Origin: Thermodesulfobium acidiphilum
Lineage (GTDB): Bacteria > Thermodesulfobiota > Thermodesulfobiia > Thermodesulfobiales > Thermodesulfobiaceae
Assembly (NCBI RefSeq): GCF_003057965.1
Contig: NZ_CP020921.1
Coordinates: 176,100 to 208,099 of the forward strand
Direction of reading: 5' to 3'
DNA: 32,000 nt
Shown: positions 1 to 8,789 of the stretch, in pieces
How the letters are laid out: the number at the start of each line of letters is the position of its first letter
Numbering within the stretch: the first letter of the stretch is position 1
Program-made: the position numbers and the translations under genes
The notes under the pieces: generated by a model
What the model was told of the DNA's origin: nothing
The model's database searches: none
Seen by the model: only the letters and a program-made list of their open reading frames with translations

Positions 1-694
1 GAACCAAACTTGAACTCTCGTTGAACACAACATCGGCAAAGTCATCCAGGTGAGTTTTTGCTTTGTTAATTATAATTAGTTTTGAATTAAACTTAAGTGC
101 TGTTTCCGGAATAGCTGCTGCAGGATAAACGCTTAAACTTGAGCCTATAACAATACAGGTTTTAGCCTGTTTTATGATATTCATCGCATTGTTAAAACTA
201 GATGGCATAGCTTCTCCAAATAGAACAACATTAGGTCCAATTGCTCCGCCGCAATTTGGGCACATTTCAACGTCATCTAAAATGCTTGATGGGAATATGG
301 CTTTACAGGTTCTGCAATATGCCTCTTCTATATTGCCGTGTATTTCTATAACTCTTTTAGAACCTGCCTTTTGGTGCAATCTATCAATATTTTGAGTTAT
401 TACACACGTTACAAGTCCTATTTCTTCTAATTTTGCGACTATTTCGTGTGATCTATTTGGGCTTGCAAGCTTTATCTTTGAGAGCCTTTCTCTATAAAAC
501 TTAATAAATTCGCTTCTTCTTTCGTATAGCGCGTCTATAGATGCAAGCGAAATAAAGTTTTCCTGGTTCCATAGTCCCGTAGGAGATCTGAAATCTGGTA
601 TGCCGGACTCAGTAGAAATGCCAGCACCAGAGAATACAACTACTTCTCCCTCTTGAACAATATCAGCTGCTTTCTTATAGTCATCGCTTGACAT
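1..694 (-). CDS. cobB: NAD-dependent protein deacylase, Sir2/CobB family (partial; C-terminus lies beyond the left window edge)
   Basis: Not in the ORF track because it is open at the window edge. My minus-strand translation from ATG (694-692) gives MSSDDYKKAADIVQEGEVVVFSGAGISTESGIPDFRSPTGLWNQ... Sirtuin motifs present: GAGISTESGIPDFRS, TQNIDRLH, catalytic EIHGN, and a Zn ribbon CRTC...CPNC. A GAGGTG SD sits 6 nt upstream, inside the 3' end of the preceding gene. Confidence 0.85.
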   Translation of the reverse strand, partial: MSSDDYKKAADIVQEGEVVVFSGAGISTESGIPDFRSPTGLWNQENFISLASIDALYERRSEFIKFYRERLSKIKLASPNRSHEIVAKLEEIGLVTCVITQNIDRLHQKAGSKRVIEIHGNIEEAYCRTCKAIFPSSILDDVEMCPNCGGAIGPNVVLFGEAMPSSFNNAMNIIKQAKTCIVIGSSLSVYPAAAIPETALKFNSKLIIINKAKTHLDDFADVVFNESSSLV

Positions 695-697
695 ATC

Positions 698-1558
698 TTA
701 CACCTCGAAAGTTGAGCCAACGCCAGAAAAAATAAATCTATCCTTCAATTCGTTTGAGCATCTTGAAATCATCTCAAGTCCCGTGCAGTGTGTAAAGGCA
801 ACTCTGTCTGGATTCAAGATTTTTAGGGCTTCAATTGTCTTGTCCTGTTGTTCCTTAGATGCTGGTCCAAGATGAGATCCCCCAATAATAGCGTCTAACT
901 CCTTGCATCTCGTTGTTCTTTTGCCTTGTTCAATAATATTTATTACTCCCATATGGGCACATCCTGTCAGGACGGATAGTCTATTGTCATCTTTAAAATA
1001 TATACTCATGTCTTCTTCAAATGTATCTGATACTAATTGCCCTTTTTCATCGAGCTTTAAAAGATTTTGGTCAGTTATTTCAAAGTTGTTTGATGGTTCT
1101 ATCTGATAAGATAAAAATATGTCTTCATCAATTTTGATTGGTGAGTCTAAAAATATAAAATTGGCTCCAAGAGATTCAAGCATTTCTCTGGTAAACGGTA
1201 TTCCTATAAAAGTTATCTTCTTTGTTTTTTTGGAAAAAGTTTTCTTAAAAATATTGTGGTGAGCGTAGATTTTTATGTCCTTTCTAAGATAGTCAAGCAA
1301 AGTAAGAAGCCCACCGGTATGATCGCTGTGATTATGTGAGAGAATGATTGCATCGATATTTTTCAAATCCTTTTTAAGCCTGTGCGCATTGTTTATTAGG
1401 GCTACGCCGCTTGAACCAGTATCGTAGAGAAAGGTTTGTTTTTCGGATTCGATTAAAGCGCTAAATCCGTGTTCTGCAAGAAGATTGGCGGGTCTGGAAG
1501 AAAGAACTATATTATCTACGAGAATTGTTATTATTTTTTTACCTGTTTTTTTTTGCAT
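698..1558 (-). CDS. MBL-fold metallo-hydrolase (COG1237-like)
   Basis: 286-aa ORF with the metallo-beta-lactamase HxHxDH motif (LSHNHSDHTGG) and downstream His/Asp/Cys ligand candidates (GCAHMG, FTHCTG). AGGAGG SD upstream (rc of cctcct at about 1566-1571). Its stop is 3 nt from the sirtuin start, suggesting an operon. Confidence 0.8.
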   Translation of the reverse strand: MQKKTGKKIITILVDNIVLSSRPANLLAEHGFSALIESEKQTFLYDTGSSGVALINNAHRLKKDLKNIDAIILSHNHSDHTGGLLTLLDYLRKDIKIYAHHNIFKKTFSKKTKKITFIGIPFTREMLESLGANFIFLDSPIKIDEDIFLSYQIEPSNNFEITDQNLLKLDEKGQLVSDTFEEDMSIYFKDDNRLSVLTGCAHMGVINIIEQGKRTTRCKELDAIIGGSHLGPASKEQQDKTIEALKILNPDRVAFTHCTGLEMISRCSNELKDRFIFSGVGSTFEV

Positions 1559-1900
1559 AATCTTGCCTCCTTAATTAATTTTAGATTAAGCATTAAAAGT
1601 TTTAAAAAATGCTTTCCCAAAAGCTGGCATATATCTTAGTATATAAGATCTTTATTTAAAATGATATAAAAAATAAGTAAAGCTTATTTTACTTCAAAAA
1701 TTTATTATTATAAAATTTTAATTTGTAAACTCTTGTTAAAATTGATATGTATAATTTATGAAAATTATAGAAATGTTTAAAATATCATAAATAATGTGTT
1801 TAAATTTTTTATGCGAAGGAGGGTGGTGGTCTAAATACTGTTATCCAAAAATCTTAAAAACCCTTTGTTCAGTTTGAACTAATTTTAAGGAGGAATTAAA

Positions 1901-3130
1901 TTGTCTTTGAAAGAAGAAGCACTAATTTTTCATAGAAAAACTAAAGGAAAAATATGCGTTGAGAGCAAATCAGTCATTGAAAACGTTCACGATCTTTCTT
2001 TAGCCTACAGTCCGGGTGTAGCCGAACCAGTTAAAGAGATAGCTTTTGATCCAGAAATGGCATATTATTATACTTCAAAATGGAATATGGTAGCTGTAGT
2101 TACTGATGGAAGCGCTATTTTAGGTCTTGGGAATCTTGGGGCTCTGGCATCTTTGCCTGTTATGGAAGGGAAAGCAGTGTTATTTAAAAAATTTGGAGGG
2201 GTTGATGCTTTCCCAATCTGTTTGAATACAAAGGATACTGGGAAAATAATTGAGACAGTAAAGCTTATAGAACCAGTATTTGGAGGAGTAAATCTGGAAG
2301 ACATCGGCGCTCCTAGGTGCTTCGAAATTGAAAGAGCACTTAGGGATGAACTCTCTATTCCAGTTTTTCATGACGATCAGCACGGTACGGCTGTAGTTAC
2401 TTTGGCAGGTTTACACAATGCTTTAAAGATCGTTGGAAAGAAGTTAGAAGAAGTGAAAATAGTAATAAATGGGGCGGGTGCAGCGGGTATATCTATAGCA
2501 AAACTTCTCGTTCACATGAATGCTAAAAACGTAATACTTTGTGACACAAAGGGCACAATATATCAGGAGAGAGGGCAGGGGATGAACCCTTATAAGGAAG
2601 AGATCGCGCAATTTACGAATCCTGAAATGATAAGGGGGACGCTTGCAGAAGCCATGAAAGGGGCAGATGTATTTATAGGTGTCTCGGTTAGGGATGTAGT
2701 TAATCAGAAGATGATCAAGTCTATGGCAAAAGATCCCATAATATTTGCGTGCGCAAACCCAGATCCAGAAATACACCCAAATGCTGCAAAGGAAGCTGGA
2801 GCAGCGGTGGTTGCTACAGGAAGATCTGATTTTCCTAACCAGATAAACAATGTTTTGGGTTTCCCTGGTTTGTTTAGGGGAGTTCTTGATGTTAGAGCGA
2901 GGATAATAAACGACGATATGAATGTAGCAGCAGCAGTTGCAATTGCTGATTCTGTAGAAGATGACAAACTTACTCCAGAACACATAGTTCCGTCTCCATT
3001 GGATCTTGAGATATATCCTCGCGTAGCAGCAGCAGTTGCAAGAGCTGCAATGAAGTCTGGAGTAGCTAGATTTGCAGTTTTACCAATTGATGTCGAGCTT
3101 AATGCGCGTAAATTATTAGGACTTAATTAG
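1901..3130 (+). CDS. NAD(P)-dependent malic enzyme (short form, no PTA domain)
   Basis: 409 aa. The N-terminus LSLAYSPGVAEP, plus VTDGSAILGLGNLG, NLEDIGAPRCFEIE, FHDDQHGTA and the Rossmann motif INGAGAAGI, are typical of bacterial malic enzymes. TTG start with an AAGGAGG SD. Confidence 0.9.
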   Translation: MSLKEEALIFHRKTKGKICVESKSVIENVHDLSLAYSPGVAEPVKEIAFDPEMAYYYTSKWNMVAVVTDGSAILGLGNLGALASLPVMEGKAVLFKKFGGVDAFPICLNTKDTGKIIETVKLIEPVFGGVNLEDIGAPRCFEIERALRDELSIPVFHDDQHGTAVVTLAGLHNALKIVGKKLEEVKIVINGAGAAGISIAKLLVHMNAKNVILCDTKGTIYQERGQGMNPYKEEIAQFTNPEMIRGTLAEAMKGADVFIGVSVRDVVNQKMIKSMAKDPIIFACANPDPEIHPNAAKEAGAAVVATGRSDFPNQINNVLGFPGLFRGVLDVRARIINDDMNVAAAVAIADSVEDDKLTPEHIVPSPLDLEIYPRVAAAVARAAMKSGVARFAVLPIDVELNARKLLGLN

Positions 3131-3138
3131 GAGGACTT

Positions 3139-3525
3139 ATGTTAAAAGAAGTTCCAGAGCTAAAATCTTATAAAATTTTTCCAGGTAGTTTTTTGTTTTA
3201 CTTGCATAGGATTACAGGTTTATTGCTTGGCTTATACTTTTTGTTTCATATATTTTATCTTTATGGGATAAGATTTGCTGACCCATCCCTTATACCATTT
3301 TTTGAATCAATGCACGCTTTTCACGAAAGTCTTAAGATCATAATTAATCCTGGCGTTGCTTTTATTGCAGTTTTTCACGTAATGAACGGATTGAGAATTA
3401 TTGTTTTTGAATTTGAGCCCAATTTTGCCATAAAGGAAAGGCAGGTCGGATGGTTTTATTGGGTAGTTGGAATTACTATCATTGCATTTATGGTAAAGAT
3501 TGCCCAATCGATAATTTTTGGTTAG
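3139..3525 (+). CDS. sdhC: Succinate dehydrogenase/fumarate reductase cytochrome b subunit (membrane anchor)
   Basis: 128 aa with about 3 TM helices. Carries SdhC-type HRITG and FHVMNGLR motifs. Sits directly upstream of sdhD/A/B. Confidence 0.8.
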   Translation: MLKEVPELKSYKIFPGSFLFYLHRITGLLLGLYFLFHIFYLYGIRFADPSLIPFFESMHAFHESLKIIINPGVAFIAVFHVMNGLRIIVFEFEPNFAIKERQVGWFYWVVGITIIAFMVKIAQSIIFG

Positions 3526-3534
3526 GAGGTTAAT

Positions 3535-3834
3535 GTGAGGTATAATCGCTTTCTTATGCGTGCAAATGCTAAAGACATGTGGTTTTGGCAGCGCGTTAGC
3601 GCTATCGCACTTATAATTTTACTTATTTTACACGTTTTTAAATTTGCACTGTTTTTTCCTGTACATGTAGCTTTTGCAGCTTTTGTTTGTGTGCATTTAT
3701 ACATTGGTATGATTGCTATTACCAGAGAATATATAAAAAAGCCAACTCTTAACACGTTCTTGAATATGTTTTATTTAGTTCTTTTTCTGGTTATGTTTTT
3801 TGCAGCTTTTAGAATTGCAGAGGTTACTTTTTAA
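3535..3834 (+). CDS. sdhD: Succinate dehydrogenase/fumarate reductase small hydrophobic anchor subunit
   Basis: 99 aa with 3 predicted TM helices. WQRVSAIAL and HLYIGMIAITREYI resemble SdhD motifs. GTG start after a GGAGG SD; position between sdhC and sdhA. Confidence 0.7.
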   Translation: MRYNRFLMRANAKDMWFWQRVSAIALIILLILHVFKFALFFPVHVAFAAFVCVHLYIGMIAITREYIKKPTLNTFLNMFYLVLFLVMFFAAFRIAEVTF

Positions 3835-3866
3835 TTATTAATTTTGATAGTTGAAAGGAGTCAGAA

Positions 3867-5651
3867 GTGAAAGATCCAAAAGTTTTAACCGAAAAGGTAG
3901 TGGATGTGCCGTTAAGAAATATCCACAAGCACGATGTTGTTATAATTGGGACGGGTCTTGCAGGTCTTTGGGCTGCTATAAAGTGTAAGAGTGCGGGACT
4001 TGATACCGCATGTATGACGAAGCTTTCTATGCCACAAAGATCGCATTCGACTGCTGCTCAGGGGGGTATAGCTGCTAGTTTGGGAAGCTTAGAAGAAGAT
4101 TATTGGGAATGGCATATGTTTGATACTGTTAAGGGATCTGACTTCTTGGCAGATCAGGATGCTGCTGAGATCTTAACAAGGGACGCTATTACTATTGTTA
4201 GAGAATACGAACATATGGGCGCTCCATTTTCCAGAACTCCTGATGGGCTTATTGCTCAGAGAAAATTTGGTGGCCATGTGAAAGACTTTGGAAGAGGGGG
4301 CCCTGTTTTAAGGGCATGTTATGCTGCTGATAGAACGGGTCACGTACTTCTTCATACTCTCTGGCAGAAGGCGCTGGAATTGGGAGTTAGGTTTTATACT
4401 GAAATGTTTGCAATAAGCCTTATATCTGATGGCCCAAAATGTGCTGGAGTAGTTACATGGGACACAAAGAATGGAGGTCTTCACGCTTTTAAAGCAAAAG
4501 CCACTCTTATTGCTACTGGAGGTTATGGTAGAGCGTGGAAGATTACTGCTACCTCTTACTCATACACTGCTGATGGTCAATATATGGCTTTGAGAGCAGG
4601 TGTTCCACTTGAGGATATGGAATTTTTCCAATTTCATCCTACAGGCTTATTTGACAGGGGTATTCTTATGACAGAAGGTTGTAGAGGAGAAGGTGGGTAT
4701 CTAATAAACGATCTGGGTGAGAGATTTATGAAAAATTATGCTCCAGAAAAGATGGAGTTAGCACCGAGAGATATAGTAAGTAGAGCTATAACAAGCGAAA
4801 TAGAGGCTGGAAGAGGTATAAATGGAGGACCATACATATATCTTGATATTAGACATTTGGGCGCTGAAATAATAAATACAAGACTACCACAAATAAGAGA
4901 GATATCAATAAAGTTTGCTGGAGTTGACCCTATACATGAACCTATACCAATAGTGCCTACTGCACATTATTCTATGGGTGGAATACCTACGGACGTAGAT
5001 GGAAGAGTTTTGTTTGACGGCAAATCACAAATTTTTTCAGGCCTGTACGCTGCAGGGGAATGCGCGTGTGTAAGCGTTCATGGTGCGAATAGACTTGGAT
5101 GTAACTCTACCCTTGATGCATCTGTATTTGGTAGACGTTGTGGTTTAACTATTGTTAAAGATTTTGCAAATCTTGAACACTTGCCCCTTGAAGAGGATAG
5201 CGCTAAGATGGCAAAAGAAGAGATAGAGTTTATATGGAATCAGAAAGGATCAATAAGACCTGAGGAAATAAGAAACGAGCTTCAGACCGGCATGCAAAAT
5301 TATGTTGCAGTTTTTAGGGAAGAAAAAGGACTTTTAAAAATGATATCCATTATAGAAGATATGCATAAAAAGATGAAAGAGATGCTTATTAGCGATAAGT
5401 CTCTTGCATATAACACTACTCTAATGGAGGCAATGGAGCTAAGACATCTGATAGCTGCAGCCGAAGCTGTAACGTATGGAGCTTTAAACAGAACAGAATC
5501 AAGAGGTGCTCAAGCAAGGCGAGATTATCCAAAAAGAGATGATGAAAACTGGCTTAAACATACTTTGTATTTTAGAGATGAATCTGGTTTTAGGTTTGAT
5601 TACAAGGATGTCAGGCTTACTAGATTTGTCCCTGAAGAGAGAAAGTATTAG
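3867..5651 (+). CDS. sdhA: Succinate dehydrogenase/fumarate reductase flavoprotein subunit
   Basis: 594 aa. Motifs: VIIGTGLAGLWAA (FAD GxGxxG), RSHSTAAQGGI (covalent-FAD His region), FHPTG, CRGEGG, HGANRLG. GTG start with an AAAGGAG SD. Confidence 0.95.
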   Translation: MKDPKVLTEKVVDVPLRNIHKHDVVIIGTGLAGLWAAIKCKSAGLDTACMTKLSMPQRSHSTAAQGGIAASLGSLEEDYWEWHMFDTVKGSDFLADQDAAEILTRDAITIVREYEHMGAPFSRTPDGLIAQRKFGGHVKDFGRGGPVLRACYAADRTGHVLLHTLWQKALELGVRFYTEMFAISLISDGPKCAGVVTWDTKNGGLHAFKAKATLIATGGYGRAWKITATSYSYTADGQYMALRAGVPLEDMEFFQFHPTGLFDRGILMTEGCRGEGGYLINDLGERFMKNYAPEKMELAPRDIVSRAITSEIEAGRGINGGPYIYLDIRHLGAEIINTRLPQIREISIKFAGVDPIHEPIPIVPTAHYSMGGIPTDVDGRVLFDGKSQIFSGLYAAGECACVSVHGANRLGCNSTLDASVFGRRCGLTIVKDFANLEHLPLEEDSAKMAKEEIEFIWNQKGSIRPEEIRNELQTGMQNYVAVFREEKGLLKMISIIEDMHKKMKEMLISDKSLAYNTTLMEAMELRHLIAAAEAVTYGALNRTESRGAQARRDYPKRDDENWLKHTLYFRDESGFRFDYKDVRLTRFVPEERKY

Positions 5652-5660
5652 GAGGTAATT

Positions 5661-6371
5661 GTGGGAAACTTATATAAGCTTACAATTTTCAGATACGATC
5701 CAGATTCTAACAAAACATCAACCAGTAAATATGAGGTTGAGGTTACTGAGAGCCACTGGACGTTACTTGACGTTTTTAAATATATAAAAAATAACCTTGA
5801 TGATACTCTTACCTTTAGGTATTCTTGTGGTCAGGGTATTTGTGGTTCATGTGCAGTGACTGTAAACGGGAAAAGTATTCTAGCCTGTGAAACTCAAATG
5901 AAGTTTTTGGATAGCTTTGACCTTGTAATTGAACCTCTTAGGGGATTTCCTGTGATAAGAGATTTGGTTGTAGACCATAGTCTGCTGGATGAAAAGGTTA
6001 GGAGAGTAATGCCCTGGCTGGTTTGTAAAAAAGATCCGGAATCTGATAAGGAAAGGTTCCAATCTGTTGATGATAGAGCAAAACTTGATGGTCTTTATGA
6101 ATGCATAATTTGTGGTTCGTGTGTCGCAGCCTGTCCTACCTTCTGGAAAAACAAAACATTCTTAGGTCCACAGGCCCTTTTATATGCCTGTAGGTTTATG
6201 CTGGATTCCAGGGACGAGGGGAAAAACGAGAGATTCGAAATACTTGCTGATAAAGACGGCATATATGGATGTCATACTATATTTAACTGTATGGAGGTCT
6301 GTCCTAAAGAACTCAATCCGGGGAAAGCTATACTTGAGTTGAGGAAGATGTTTATGAACGAAGAATTTTAA
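5661..6371 (+). CDS. sdhB: Succinate dehydrogenase/fumarate reductase iron-sulfur subunit
   Basis: 236 aa with three cluster motifs: CGQGICGSC (2Fe-2S), CIICGSCVAACP (4Fe-4S) and CHTIFNCMEVCP (3Fe-4S). Confidence 0.95.
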   Translation: MGNLYKLTIFRYDPDSNKTSTSKYEVEVTESHWTLLDVFKYIKNNLDDTLTFRYSCGQGICGSCAVTVNGKSILACETQMKFLDSFDLVIEPLRGFPVIRDLVVDHSLLDEKVRRVMPWLVCKKDPESDKERFQSVDDRAKLDGLYECIICGSCVAACPTFWKNKTFLGPQALLYACRFMLDSRDEGKNERFEILADKDGIYGCHTIFNCMEVCPKELNPGKAILELRKMFMNEEF

Positions 6372-6408
6372 AACCAAAGGACGCGCTATCTTAACTTTTT
6401 TTGTCCCT

Positions 6409-6444
6409 AATGAGGATGAGGGTTTTCTTCATCCTCATTTTTGT
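6409..6444 (+). terminator. Rho-independent terminator after sdhB
   Basis: Perfect 11-bp stem aatgaggatga / tcatcctcatt (6409-6419 and 6429-6439) with a 9-nt loop, followed by a tttttg T-tract. It lies 38 nt after the sdhB stop. Confidence 0.8.
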
Positions 6445-6522
6445 TATCTTAATTAAGATGTAAAATATCCAAAATTATATTTATAATAATCTATATTAAA
6501 TTTTATATTCTTTGGAGGAACT

Positions 6523-7872
6523 ATGCCTATTAAAGAAAGAGTGAAGTTAAGAGAGCTTTTACCAGAAGACAGGATATGTAACTACAACGAGATAGCTTTG
6601 GGATTAAATGAAAAAGAATTGGAATATGAGGCCAATAGATGTCTTCAGTGCAAGAAACCAAGTTGTATAAAGGGTTGCCCTGCAGGGTTGAATATACCAA
6701 GGTTTATAAAACTTGCTAGAGAGAAGAAATTTAACGAAGCGCTCTCTGAGATACTCGAGGTAAATCCGTTTAGCGCGACTTGTGCTAGAGTTTGCCCTTA
6801 TGGCTTTCAATGTGAGGGGAGTTGCGTTTTAAATAAGACAGGTAGACCTATAGCGATAGGAGCTATTCACAGATTTATATCTGATTACGGTGAATATCAA
6901 ATGAAGATGGTAAATGAGAGCGAAAGGATAAATGGTAAAGTTGCAATTATTGGGGGTGGCACTGCAGGTTTAAGCGCTGCTTTTGAACTTTCGAGGCATG
7001 GAGTAGACGTTGATATTTATGAATCCAGGCCAGTAATAGGAGGGCTTGCGCGCGCATGCATCCCGCCTTATAGACTTGCAAGAGAAGTTCTAGATAGAGA
7101 AATAGTATACATACTCTCTCATGGGGCTAAGATAAAAAATAATATATCTGTTGGTAAAGATATCCCCCTTAATGATTTTTTGGATATGTACGATTACGTT
7201 ATTCTTGCAGTTGGAGCAAGCAAATGTTGGTCTTTAAGGCTTTTGTCTAATGAAGGGAAAGACTTTTTCGCCTATTCAGCAATAGAGTTTATTGAAAACT
7301 ATATGTTCAGGAAAAAGGTTTTTGACAGAGGATTGAAAATTCTTATTATAGGTGGTGGCAACACCGCAATAGATGTGGGCAGGATATCAATAAGAGAGGG
7401 ACTTAATCCATTAATTGTTTATAGAAGAGGAAAGGAACAAATGCCTGCCCTTCCAAAAGAAATAGAAGAAGCAGAAGAAGAAGGTGTAAAATTCAAATTT
7501 TTTGAAGTCCCAAAGAGAGCTATAATTGAGAATAACAAGTTAAAGGGGATAGAGGCATTAAAGGCGAAGTTAGGGCCACCAGACGAAAGCGGTAGGCCTA
7601 GTTTTGAGGTTGTTGAAGGCAGTGAACACTTTATAGAAGGAGATGTTCTGGTTTCCGCTATAGGTCAGGAGGTTGACACTGAAGTTTTAACGGGTTGCGA
7701 TATTCATCTAGAAAGAGGTTTGTTGCCATACGACTTTGGTGGAAAATACAAAGATAAAGTTTTTCCTTGTGGCGATGCAGTCAGTGGGCCGTCGGTGGTT
7801 GTAAAGGCTATGAGAAGTGGACTTGAAGTTGCGAGAAAGGTCATAGGGAAACTTAAAGAGAGCACTTTCTAG
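6523..7872 (+). CDS. GltD/SudA-family Fe-S flavoprotein (NAD(P)H-dependent glutamate synthase small-subunit homolog)
   Basis: 449 aa. N-terminal Fe-S motif CLQCKKPSCIKGCP plus CARVCP...CEGSC, and two dinucleotide folds IIGGGTAGLSAA and IIGGGNTAID. No gltB-like large subunit is adjacent. Confidence 0.8.
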   Translation: MPIKERVKLRELLPEDRICNYNEIALGLNEKELEYEANRCLQCKKPSCIKGCPAGLNIPRFIKLAREKKFNEALSEILEVNPFSATCARVCPYGFQCEGSCVLNKTGRPIAIGAIHRFISDYGEYQMKMVNESERINGKVAIIGGGTAGLSAAFELSRHGVDVDIYESRPVIGGLARACIPPYRLAREVLDREIVYILSHGAKIKNNISVGKDIPLNDFLDMYDYVILAVGASKCWSLRLLSNEGKDFFAYSAIEFIENYMFRKKVFDRGLKILIIGGGNTAIDVGRISIREGLNPLIVYRRGKEQMPALPKEIEEAEEEGVKFKFFEVPKRAIIENNKLKGIEALKAKLGPPDESGRPSFEVVEGSEHFIEGDVLVSAIGQEVDTEVLTGCDIHLERGLLPYDFGGKYKDKVFPCGDAVSGPSVVVKAMRSGLEVARKVIGKLKESTF

Positions 7873-7911
7873 TTAATTTTGATTTTTTAGGGTAGATTTT
7901 AGGAGGCTTAT

Positions 7912-8751
7912 ATGAGAGATTTATCTGTTGAGTTAATTGAAGATGCTGTAAAAGAGTTAGTTATGGATGCTAACTATAATGCTCCTGAAGACGTTAAAAA
8001 GGCTTTTGATATTGCTCTTGAAAGGGAAGAATCTGAGGTAGGGAAAAAGATATTTCTTGAGTTTAAGGAGAATCATAAATTGGCATCTCGAGAAAAGCTT
8101 GGCATTTGCCAGGATACAGGTCTTGCTGTGGTATTTTTATATATTGGGCAAGACGTACACCTTGTTGGTAAAGACATATATGATGCAATTAATAGGGGTG
8201 TAGAGAGAGGGTATGCTGAAGGTTATTTAAGGAAATCAACTTGTGATCCTTTCACAAGAAAGAATTTAGGTACCAATACCCCAGCAATAGTTCATGTGAA
8301 ATTCATTCCGGGAGATAAAGTAAAAATTGTTGTTATGCCAAAGGGTGGTGGCGCAGAAAACATGAGTGCTCTAAAGATGTTTGCTCCGTCGGCTGGTCTT
8401 GAGGGAGTTATGGACTTTGTAGTTGAAACCGTTGAAAAAGCTGGGCCTAATCCTTGCCCACCTACTATTGTAGGAGTTGGAGTGGGTGGTAATTTTGAGT
8501 ATGTAGCCTTTCTGGCAAAAAGAGCTCTTCTTAGACCTGTAGGTTCAAAAAATCCCGACAGGAGGCTAAGTCGCATAGAAGAGGAATTGCTTGAGAGGAT
8601 AAATAAACTTGGGATTGGGCCTATGGGGCTTGGAGGCAGAATAACGTCTCTTGCTGTTCATTTGGAGGTTGAACCCTGTCACATAGCATCTTTACCTGTA
8701 GCGGTAAATATAGAGTGTAACGCTCACAGGCATAAGAGCATAGAATTGTAA
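7912..8751 (+). CDS. Class-I (Fe-S) fumarate hydratase / L(+)-tartrate dehydratase, alpha subunit
   Basis: 279 aa. LGICQDTGLAVVF, MPKGGGAENMS and C-terminal NIECNAHRH are typical of the two-subunit Fe-S hydro-lyase alpha chain. TAGGAGG SD upstream. Confidence 0.9.
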   Translation: MRDLSVELIEDAVKELVMDANYNAPEDVKKAFDIALEREESEVGKKIFLEFKENHKLASREKLGICQDTGLAVVFLYIGQDVHLVGKDIYDAINRGVERGYAEGYLRKSTCDPFTRKNLGTNTPAIVHVKFIPGDKVKIVVMPKGGGAENMSALKMFAPSAGLEGVMDFVVETVEKAGPNPCPPTIVGVGVGGNFEYVAFLAKRALLRPVGSKNPDRRLSRIEEELLERINKLGIGPMGLGGRITSLAVHLEVEPCHIASLPVAVNIECNAHRHKSIEL

Positions 8752-8789
8752 TATAGCTTTTATTTATTTGTGTTGAGATTAAATAATTT

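Noticed and set aside
1-1558. The Sir2-domain gene next to an MBL-fold hydrolase, considered as a possible SIR2-based anti-phage defense pair.
   Set aside because: The Sir2 protein has the full canonical CobB-type sirtuin motif set, including the Zn ribbon, and appears to be of ordinary sirtuin size. It has no fused sensor or effector domains and no HerA, TIR or ThsB-like partners. It is better explained as a housekeeping deacylase.
1811-1834. A GC-rich island in the AT-rich mae upstream region that reads ATG CGA AGG AGG GTG GTG GTC TAA, a 7-codon mini-ORF (MRRRVVV) that might be a leader peptide.
   Set aside because: It is too short, has no SD of its own, and has no adjacent terminator/antiterminator structure that I can fold by eye. 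The AAGGAGGG may simply be a chance SD-like string. There is not enough support for an attenuator.
2444-2983. 179-aa minus-strand ORF antisense to the malic enzyme gene. The same applies to other antisense or overlapping track ORFs: 174-395, 903-1106, 2068-2304, 2180-2383, 2704-2985, 3307-3507, 3522-3755, 5880-6062, 6180-6377, 6604-6810, 8292-8576, 11148-11405, 12402-12659, 14925-15107, 15716-16003, 23032-23238, 24349-24558, 26468-26674, 27116-27349, 28329-28538, 30243-30443, 30732-30962 and 31592-31837.
   Set aside because: Each lies entirely within or opposite a gene with strong family motifs. Their translations are low-complexity or compositionally odd (rich in Cys, Tyr, Phe, Ile, Lys and Ser), they have no recognisable motifs, and they lack SD sequences. 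They are typical shadow ORFs in AT-rich DNA.
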